Assembly: GCA_951406725.2 (NCBI GenBank)
Contig: OX597824.1
Location: forward strand, 13,144,001-13,208,000
Direction of reading: 5' to 3'
Origin: Octopus vulgaris
Taxonomy: Eukaryota
Length of the DNA stretch: 64,000 nucleotides
This document shows, piece by piece, positions 53,606-64,000 of this stretch; positions within the stretch are counted from its first letter, which is position 1; each line of letters opens with the position of its first letter. The translations under genes were made by a program, and so were the position numbers. The notes under the pieces were generated by a model. The model was not told the DNA's origin and made no database searches. It worked only from the letters and a program-made list of their open reading frames with translations.

Positions 53606-53945
53606 CTATTCCTTTACTACCCACCGTTACAGATAGCAACAGGATTTACCTCAAATTTACCTCGGTGGAATTTGAACTCGGAACGTAGTGGCAGACGAAA
53701 TACCTATTTCTATTTCTTTACTACCCACAAGGGGATAAACATAGAGAGGACAAACAAGGACAGACAAACGGATTAAGTCGATTATATCGACCCCAGTGCG
53801 TAACTGGTACTTATTTAATCGACCCCGAAAGGATGAAAGGCAAAGTCGACCTCGGCGGATTTTGAACTCAGAACGTAGCGGCAGACGAAATACCTCTAAG
53901 CATTTCACCTGGCGTGCTAACGTTTCTGCCAGCTCACCCCACCTT
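53606..53945 (-). mobile_element. SINE family A with partial reiteration; 15-bp TSD taaaaacgggtaacc
   Basis: Flanking direct repeat; full unit plus a rearranged second partial unit. Confidence 0.85.
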
Positions 53946-54019
53946 AGTAAAAACGGGTAACCATGAATAAAATCCTGACGGTAAGACTGAGCAAAGATGA
54001 CTAACTCATATTGACACTC

Positions 54020-54234
54020 TCTCTCTTTCTCTTTTACTCTTTTACTTTTTTTACTTGTTTCAGTCATTTGACTGCGGCCATGCTGGGGCACCGCCTTTAG
54101 TCGAGCAAATCGACCCCGGGACTTTTTCTTTGTAAGCCCAGTACTTATTCTATCGGTCTCTTTTGCCGAACCGCTAAGTGGCAGGGACGTAAACACACCA
54201 GCATCGGTTGTCAAGGGGGACAAACACAGACACA

Positions 54235-54328
<94 letters not shown>

Positions 54329-54740
54329 TACGACAGGCTTCTTTCAGTTTCCGTCTACCAAATCCACTCACAAGGCATTGGTCGGCCCGGAGCTATAGCA
54401 GAAGACACTTGCCCAAGATGCCGCGCAGGAGTGGCTGTGTGGTAAGTAGCTTGCTAACCAACCACATGGTTCCGGGTTCAGTCCCACTGCGTGGCATCTT
54501 GGGCAAGTGTCTTCTGCTATAGCCCCGGGCCGACCAATGCCTTGTGAGTGGATTTGGTAGATGGAAACTGAAAGAAGCCTGTCGTATATATGTATATATG
54601 TATAAGTTTGTGTGTCTGTGTTTGTCCCACTAGTATTGCTTGACAACCGATGCTGGTGTGTTTACGTCCCCGTCACTTAGCGGTTCGGCTAAAGAGACCG
54701 ATAGAATAAGTACTGGGCTTACAAAGAATAAGTCCCGGGG
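54020..54740. mobile_element. Fused head-to-head pair of family B SINEs (54020-54428 -, 54423-54740 +)
   Basis: Junction cttgcccaagatgcc-gcgcag-gagtggctg with no spacer. Confidence 0.85.
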
Positions 54741-55177
54741 CGGGGTCGTTTAGCGTAAATCACCAGAAATAAAGCAGATCTATGATCTGTGATCGAAGGC
54801 CTTTTAGTTGAGGTAAATTCGTCTTTAGACAGTGCCATGGATAGTTACAGACTTGCAGGAGAGCTGTATCCTCAAACTGGAGGACTGGCCTCGAATATAT
54901 GCAACAAAGTAGATCCTGCACTGGAGGTTCCCACAGTACCAGTGGGTGGTGCTAAAATGACGACCTATTAAGCCTACCACCCGTGTAAGACATTGCAAGA
55001 TTTGAACTCAGAATGTAAATGAGTCAGAACAAATAACAGAATAGTATCCTATCAAACGTTCTGATTATTCTGCTAATCCACCGCCCTAGATTAGTTCTAT
55101 TTATTGATCCCGAACGGATAAGAGGCAAAGTTGTAGTTTGTGGGCTTTGAACTCGGAGCGGAGAGATCGGAACATAT

Positions 55178-55606
55178 ACTCTTTCACTCTTTTACTTTGT
55201 TTCAGTCATGTGACTGTGGCCATGCTGGAGCACCGTCTTTAGTCGAGCAAATCGACCCCAGGACTTATTCTTTGTAAGCGTAGTACTTATTCTATTGGAT
55301 CTCTTTTGCCGAACCGCTAAGTTTCGGGGACGTAAACACACCACCATCAGTTGTCAAGCAATGTTGAGGGGAACAAACACAGACACACAAACACACACAC
55401 ACACACAAACACACACACAAACGCACACACGCACACACACATATATATACATATATACGACGGGCTTCTTTCAGTTTCCGTTTACCAAATACACTCACAA
55501 GGCTTTGGTCGGCCCGAGGCTATAGTAGAAGATACTTGCCGAAGGTGCCACGCAGTGGGACTGAACCCGAAACCATGTGGTTGATAAGCAAGCTACTTAC
55601 CACACA
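55178..55606 (-). mobile_element. SINE family B
   Basis: Homologue of 12871-13320. Confidence 0.85.
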
Positions 55607-57118
55607 TCATTCTACCAAAAAAGCAATTTCTCTACCTATTACATGACTACGTTATCCAGAGAATTGTTTGTTTTCAAAGATGCCAGGATCTAATTTGCTA
55701 ATTTGCCTGCTATTTCTAGCAGATCAGTCTCCAACTTAAAGACTCCCGAGTTGACACACTTAACTGTAGCTATCGACGTTGGTATATCGTATTCCAGTGA
55801 ACTATATCCTGTCTAAAAAGCTTAGTGTTTATACAGCAGCTTAATACCTACATTAACAAAATATAATTGAAGGTATTAAAACTAAGTCAAATTCTGTCAA
55901 CAACTGTGTAGGTGTGGTAGATTAAAATGTACCAGGTCCCTTCAGATTTGAAGCAATTATGTGTCCCTGAGCATGGAAAAATATCTTTGACGATTTTGCA
56001 TGACAGGACGAATTAATGAAATGCTATAAGCTTATACAGATTACTTTAAAAGAATCAAATCACCTATAGAAACACAAATTCTTATCTTGAAGTAAAATTG
56101 CAGAAGAACCATGGATTAATGATTCTAATCCATAAATTGTAAGCAAGACTATACAGAAGCATTATTTTCTAATACAAGTAGTATATTGTACTAATGTTAG
56201 TTTATCCTCTGTTATAGAATAAATATCTATAAAGCTGATAATTGTAATAAAATGAGTTGAAAACTTCAAGTATTTAAGACTATCAGTGCAATTAAGGCAA
56301 AAACTCACATTAGAGAAATTTAAAACCGAAATAACAAGCAAAGAAGTTAAGTCGAATAAAATTAGCGAATCAGAATTTGTAAGCTATTGACATAGCTTGC
56401 TTTCAATATATCCCCAGATAGCACTAGATTATCGAAAAAAAAAATGCATTATTTTGGCTCTTTGTGTTCTGATTTCAAATACCGCCGAGGTGGAATTTGC
56501 CTTTCATCTCTACGGGGTCGATGAAATACATCATTAGTCAATTGCTACGGTCGATGTAATCGACTTCTTTCTTCCCATCAAAACTGTTGGCCTTGTGCCT
56601 AAATGAAAAGAAAAAAAACAACAAAACAACTATAACTTTTAATGGCGGGCATGTTGAAAGAGTCGTTGTTGCCCAGGAAGAAATGTTTTTGAATATTTCC
56701 TCAGGCTCATTACGTTTTCTCAGTGTAAATCTCGACGACTTCCATTTTGTTTTCCATACCGCCGGGGTTGATAAAATAAAGTACCGATCAAGTATTGAGG
56801 GCAATGGTATCGACTGATTTCCTCCCTTGAAATATGTGGGCCTTGTGGTGAAATCAGAAACAATTGTACATTATCAATAAAGCATATTCTATTCAGTTGG
56901 CAAGGGTTGGTACGGTGCAACCAGCGGTCACTCGCGAGCGCCTATAGATTGGTAAATTGTACTCTACTTTCGAGAAGCGTTTTAGTAATTTATGGAGTCT
57001 TGAGCATACAGAGACATCATGCCGCTTCGCTCAATCAGCCTTGAACCCAGATAACATTCAGGATGTGACATCTGGAGTGAGTGAGAGAAAGAGGAACAGA
57101 TAGATAGAGACACACACA

Positions 57119-57158
<40 letters not shown>

Positions 57159-57207
57159 TATATACACACACACACCACACATATAGTTGATAGATAGATA
57201 GAAGACT

Positions 57208-57306
<99 letters not shown>

Positions 57307-58030
57307 CCACACAGATAGTTGATAGATAGATAGATAGATAGATAGGTAGATAGAAGACTAGACCAAGAACCAGTTAGCATTCACTGCAGTTAAGTAAATT
57401 GGAGCAACGTGAAATAAAGTATACCGCACGACAGTTGGTAAAGAAACTGAACCCACGATAGTATCAACGTGAGCCGAACACAGTAACCACCAAGCTACAG
57501 TCTTTCAACACTATATAGAAAAATAGACAAAATATAGTGATATAAATGAAGAATATCATAAACAATATGGGGAACGTGGAAGAACCTCAGCAGAGTGTTC
57601 TGCGAAAAACATATTCAGTAAAGTCTCACATATTTGAAATTGGGAACTGAAATTTTTGATTTACTGAGATTATCCACACCATTGACAATAAAATGTATAC
57701 AGTATATAAAATCTAAAATAAACATATAATCAAGGTGATTACAATTACGTTAATTAACATCTGAGTAGGAATACTAATGTTGTTAGGAGAAGAAAACATT
57801 AAGTCATCTAATTGCATAATATTTTAATCTGATCTTCGCCAGCAAGTATGGGTGACATTTATGTATTTTTAGACTTTCTCAGCGACGTGTTGTTATGTTC
57901 AACGATACAAGTAGAATGAATAGGGCACCGTTTAAACAACACGGAACTCTCGTGGAAAAAAAACTCGCCTTTAGGGCGACCAATGCCTTGTGAGTATATT
58001 TGATAGACGGAAAAGTCCGTCGTGCGTATA

Positions 58031-58288
58031 CGGTGTGTGTGTGCAAAATTAAGTATACAGTTATGAAAAAGAAAATTCCTACAATACTCATTTATTTTTA
58101 TCAAGCTACGATAAAAGTATAATTATAGTTATGATAAATGTATTATTATGATTGGTGACATTGAAAATATCAAATATGAGGCTAACTTTTAATTTTTCTT
58201 TTGATAAAATGAGTATTTTTTGATAAAATGAGCGTTGTACGTGTTTTCTTTTTTTCATAACTGTATACGTACTTTTTGCACCCACCCG
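58031..58288. mobile_element. TA-flanked MITE (Tc1/mariner-type) inside a decayed family B SINE
   Basis: ta|cggtg...tgcaaaattaagtatacagttatgaaaa / ttttcataactgtatacgtactttttgcacccacccg|ta. Confidence 0.6.
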
Positions 58289-58767
58289 TATAAATGCGCG
58301 GGTGTGTAAAATAAGCACTGAGGTGAATTTGTCTGACTAAAACCCTCAAGGCGTTGCTGGAGCATGGCTGCATTTTAAACAATGAAACAGATACGAGGTA
58401 CGATATATCACATTCATTCCCACACATCTCACTCCTTTTTCCGGTAAATTTCAAGTAAATTTTAATCAATTTCTTTCTGTTTTTTATTCCAGCTGACTGA
58501 TCAAGTATGGTTCTAACCGCAACGAAAACCACAAAAACTCAAATAGGCTAAAAACCTTAACCTTCGTTTATTGAGCTGTCATGTTCTGTCATTCTCGTAT
58601 TTAAGTAAGATTTATGCTACATAGATCTTGAACATCCTGTTTTAGGCTTTCACTTTTTAAATGCCGTTTCGTCTGAACTATGCTCTAACCTCAGACGCTC
58701 TAAATGCTTTCTTCTCTCTAACAATCTTTATAGTACACACACATAATCACACACACGTAAAACCAAC

Positions 58768-59010
58768 ACATCATCATCATCATTGTTCGACCGTGGCCGA
58801 AGCAATGGCATTTGATATGTTACGCCAGACTTCACGGTCCATCATAGCATTCCGGAGGTCCTGTTGCTGGATGCCTGTATCTCTGGAGATTACATCAGAT
58901 TAGGAGAGTGTGCGCCCTATGGTATCGGGAGCAGATGGCTTCCAGAGGAGAAGAGTATAAATTACCTTGTTTTCAGCTCTACAACAATGTCCAGCAAACT
59001 GGACTCTTCC
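58768..59010 (-). mobile_element. RTE-clade LINE 3' end with (TGA)n tail
   Basis: Minus strand RVQFAGHCCR...LLLWKP...GRT...DVISRDTG...AMMDREVWR, then stop and (tga)n. Confidence 0.8.
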
Positions 59011-59026
59011 AACACACACACACGCA

Positions 59027-59107
<81 letters not shown>

Positions 59108-59519
59108 AGAGGCACTATACAATCACACACAAACATACACACATACATTATATATAAATGTATGTATATATACATATACATAGTTTATCCAGGCCTATAT
59201 TACCTAATATGTCCATCTTTTTCAAAATACGAATGGGTATGATATGATCTAACATATTTAGTTGCTATTTCTAACAGATCGAGAAAACTCATTGAGGCTT
59301 CTTTGCTTATATGAGTGATAGATTTTAAAATAGACTAAAAAAAAAAAAACTAGCATATTCTTGCTGTTTGTTATTGATTGTTAGCCACTGGTCAACTCTA
59401 ATATCACAGATGTGATTAACGACTTTCCGGTTAAAACAATCTTTTATTTCGCTCTAATCCAGACTTCATTGTCTAACATAACTTTCCATTTATAAACGGT
59501 AAGGTAAGTTTTGGCATCT

Positions 59520-59741
59520 ATTTCTTATTTCTTTATTACCCACAAAGGGTTAAACGTAGAGGGGACAAAGGGATTAAGTCGATTACATCGAACCCAGTGC
59601 GTAACTGGTACTTAATTTATCGATCCCGAAAGAATGAAAGGCAAAGTCGACCTTGGAATTTGAACTCAGAACGTAGCGGCAGACGAAATACTGCTAAGCA
59701 TTTCTCCCGGCGTGCTAACGTTTCTGCCAGCTCGCCGCCTT
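59520..59741 (-). mobile_element. SINE family A
   Basis: Full copy; gttttggcatctatttct is repeated on both sides. Confidence 0.85.
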
Positions 59742-61752
59742 AATGTGTTATTGTGTTTTGGCATCTATTTCTAGCATGTGTTTTGGCATCTATTTCTAGC
59801 ACATAAAATGACACGGTAAAGACGTTTTCGTCATTATGAAGAACCTTATGTAAAATAAGGTACATTTAAATAAGATAAGACACGTTAGTCGCTATCCTTA
59901 ATAAGATCCATAAAAATATAATTTTTCGTAGAAGATTACACGAGAAAACTAATTTTGTCAAATGTAATTACAGGCAACGGTAGCAAATGGAATCAAGCAG
60001 AACAGGAACTGAAATAATCATGATAAAGAGAAAAGCAAAAATATGAATGAAAAGGAAAAATGTAGTAACAAGTGGAGTTAAACGCACACGTCGTTGGAAT
60101 GGTGAATGGAGAGAAAAATTGAACATAATTTAATTGAAACGTTGAATAAATTACAGAGGAGCGATATGCAAAAGAATGAAGGCAAAGAAGGAAAATTAAC
60201 GCATTTTGCGCCGATAAAGATCGTCGAAGTGAAGACCAAGATACATGTTGTTATAGTGAAATATTCAGTGGAATATCTTGATGGAATGCAAGATCTAAGG
60301 AATCACTGTCGAGAATAATAATAATAATAATAATAACGGTAGTAAGAGAGCAGAAGGAATGTGAATATTTGCAGATAAGCCACGTTTACAGCTCATGATC
60401 GAACGATGAAGAAAAGAGGAGAGAAATGAATATTATGACAAGATGGAGTTGGCGGTGATGCGATAGCGAGTCGAACTGTTGTTAGAGCTCAAAGTTTGGT
60501 GCATATTAGAGCAAAAGAAGAGGAAAGAGAGAGACAGATGTTGGAGATATAATGTACTATGTAGAAGGTTACACATCGATAACAAAGTGATCAATTAGCG
60601 GCGGTAGATACCGATTCCCTGTGATCTGTAGACAGAAATATAGATAACCAGATAGATGGAAAGAAAGTAGGAGGGGGAGAGGCAGAGGAATAACAAAATG
60701 AAATACAATATGGTAACTTGAAGAAAGCGGTCTAATAACACACATAATAGTGATCAATCTTTGCCACCAGAAACACTGATACAATGATACAGTTATTAGA
60801 ATTTCATATGGAAACGATATCTACGAAAGCTGTATTTTCTGACTTTTCATTTAAATATCGTCTCCTAACGACAACCAATATCGGTTTCAAGTTCCGATAC
60901 TTTGTTCTTGTTCAGTTGCCGCTATAAAAATACGCAGGTATGCATATGCCAATAACGAAACCTGTACATGATTCATTGACCTGTTACAAATGAGAGCTAA
61001 TTTTTTTTTGCATATCACTGCGTGCAATTTTAGAAAAGATATGGACACGTAAGATAACGCAGTCGTAGAATATATATAAAATGTACCCGTCTTTTTAAGA
61101 CAGGTCACGGTTGGAATATTTGATTATTGTCTGCATCATCAAACAATACTAGGTCACAGATATTGGCGTGTGTGTGTGTGGTGGTATAACCGGTAAAATA
61201 GTTCTTAACTTATTATATCCACTCTGAAAGGATCAAAGACGGGGTCTGAAATCAGAACGTGAATTTTAGTACCTCACTGCCACAATACACTTTGTTAGTT
61301 ACTCTTCTGCCCTTCTCATTTTGCTACTATTGCTTAGTTTTTACTAACTGAGGCACACGCCAAGAGTTTTGATGAGATGTTGGTTAGTGAAATTGACCCC
61401 AATAGGTGACTGGCATTTGATTTTATCGTCTCCTGAATGATAGAAGTCAAAGTGAATCTTGGCGAGATTTGAACTCATAATTAAAGATCTAAAGCGAATA
61501 CCGCAAGATTCTCTTATGCTGCTCTTATTCACCGCCCTCCCACCCCATTTCTAAGTGTGGATCAACCAGACTAATTTATGCTTTATAAGCGTAGTCGATG
61601 ATTTTCATTATATACGTTGTATGAATAATTAACCCAATGGACGTCCGCGCTCATAAAATGGCCCATTGGGACAATCTCAAGTTTGATTAAAGGCTAATTA
61701 TCGATAAACAGTACTCAACTGGTACATATTTATTTTAGTATTGCTGAGTCAC

Positions 61753-61960
61753 GCGGCGAGCTGGCAGAATCGTTACTACGCCGGGCAAAATGCTTAGTGA
61801 CATTTCGTCTGTCTCCACGTTCTGAGTTCAAATTCCGCCGAGGTTGACTTTGCATTTCATGATTTCGGGATCGATAAAAAGAGTACCAGTGAATCAGTGG
61901 GGTCTGATGTAATCGACTTACCCGCTCCGCCGACCTTGCTGGCCTTGTGTCAAAATTTGA
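61753..61960 (+). mobile_element. SINE family A (diverged)
   Basis: ggcgagctggcagaatcgtt...ctgagttcaaattccgccgagg. Confidence 0.75.
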
Positions 61961-62094
61961 AATCATATTGCTGAGGGAAAATAACTCAAGGAGAACACTC
62001 GGCATACTAAATGGAAATATTGTAGAGTTTCACATGTGCAATGTTGCAAGTACAACATATTTAAACCACTGAGATCTAAATTATTTGGATTATC

Positions 62095-62331
62095 TACCTA
62101 TTTCTTTACTACCCACAAGGGGCTAAACACAGAGAGGACAAACAAGGACAGACAACCGGATTAAGTCGATTATATCGACTCCAGTGCATAACTGGTACTT
62201 ATTTAATCGACCCCGAAAGGGTGAAAGGCAAAGTCGACCTCGGCGGAATTTGAACTCAGAACGTAACGGCAGACGAAATACCACTAAGCATTTCGCCCGG
62301 CGTGCTAACGTTTCTGGCAGTTCGCCCCCTT
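62095..62331 (-). mobile_element. SINE family A; TSD atttggattatcta, followed by (TATC)n at 62341-62550
   Basis: Full copy with a flanking direct repeat. Confidence 0.88.
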
Positions 62332-62338
62332 AATTTGG

Positions 62339-62550
<212 letters not shown>

Positions 62551-64000
62551 CATTGTTATTAATCTAAACAAATATAGGAACAGAAAAAATGAAGTACAAA
62601 ATGCACAGGGAATATATTAGAATTTAATTATATTTTAAAATATAAGAATACACTTGACAGGTCTGAAATTGGATTTTCAAAAGTGTACATTGTATGGAGT
62701 TGTATCGCGAATTATACCTATTCTGGCCGTTCTTATAAAAAGAGTGTGTTTTTAAAGTAGAAAATGTGGGTTAGAACAGAATCCGTTAACGTAAAAATTG
62801 ATTTATTACACTCGTCTGACTGCATGGATATATATTTATACCTTTAGTTATAGCGGTGTTGCTGATTATGAATATCAAAATTGTAACTCAAGGTCCATTC
62901 TACATCCTAATTATAAGACGTTATTCCAGACTAAATCATGCTCTAGCATGACGACCGGAATGTTCCCCCAAACGATTCTAGAACCCTAATGAAGTCTCTT
63001 ACCGCACTACCCCAGTAGGAGCAAGGTCCCTATTCCAAAGGTAAATAATTTGCTGCTGTTCGTATCGGTGAACAACATTAGGCCCACGAAGGATCGTCCG
63101 TAACTCGATGTCTTTTATCTTTCTGGTTTTTTTTTTCACTTTTTCAGATGACTGCGGCCATGCTGGGGCACCGACTTGATCAAGATAATCAGTAATTCAA
63201 ACGGATTTAAATTGTGAACACTCATATATCTAAAATTATAAAACACGTTCTTCCTTTTATTTTAAAGTGGCAATAACATGACTTAGCAGATAATTGGCAG
63301 CTATTTCCATCAATCCGAAAGACCACAGAGAGAAGCTACCTGCATGGCTGAAATGGGTTAAAGTAATATTACAAACTAAAAATACTACTTTTATAGTAAA
63401 AAAATTGAATTGAAAAAAGATACAAAAGAAGAGTAAAATTTTGTAAGCTATCGTCTGTAAATCAAAATGGAGAAAACAGCTATAGATTTTAAAATTTGGA
63501 TGATAAATGTCAATAATGTGACCAGCAACCACAAAGAATCAACCCTATTAAATTATGACATGATATACTATATATTATTTACTTGCGGCGAAAGTAAATA
63601 CGTCTCAAGCATATTAATGTATCTGCGAACAAAGTTTGCTTTAACTCACATAATGCTGCGCACACGTATATACGTACACATTCATTCACACATACATACA
63701 TGCATACATACATACATATCCATATACACACATACACACACACACATATATATACGCACACATATATATACGCACACATACATACACATATAATATATAT
63801 TTATATATACATACATATACATACTTGCGCGCACGCATACATACACGCGCACATACATATATATGTATGGAATAAATGGCATAAACCTGAGGTCGAGACC
63901 TTTTTCTATTGAGCCTTCAGGCTTCTTGGTTGTTGGCCAAGATGTTCACCCAAAATAGCAACAAACGAATACATACATACATACATATATATATATATAT

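Overview
This is eukaryotic, AT-rich, repeat-dominated DNA (intergenic or deep intronic), and no host protein-coding exon can be supported. The SINE families and the extreme microsatellite density suggest a cephalopod (Octopus-like) genome; this is an inference. Contents: three tRNA-derived SINE families (many with target-site duplications, TSDs); five 3' fragments of an R4/Dong-type LINE, all in (TAA)n; a Tx1/L1-type LINE 3' end in (TATC)n; an RTE LINE 3' end; a Penelope GIY-YIG fragment; decayed Tc1/mariner and Academ-like transposase remnants; a non-autonomous Helitron; and several MITEs. The most notable element is two diverged families of ~350-bp tandem/inverted units (37.6-39.2 kb and 50.7-51.6 kb). 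Each unit carries a minimal type I hammerhead ribozyme with a palindromic ACCTAGGT helix III, making them retrozyme-like candidate circular-RNA retroelements. One family carries a compensatory U3:A8 catalytic core in all three copies. The window also has an unusually high number of long inverted repeats. Nearly all listed ORFs are microsatellite translation artefacts. All calls were made by eye, with no searches or folding runs, so boundaries are approximate.
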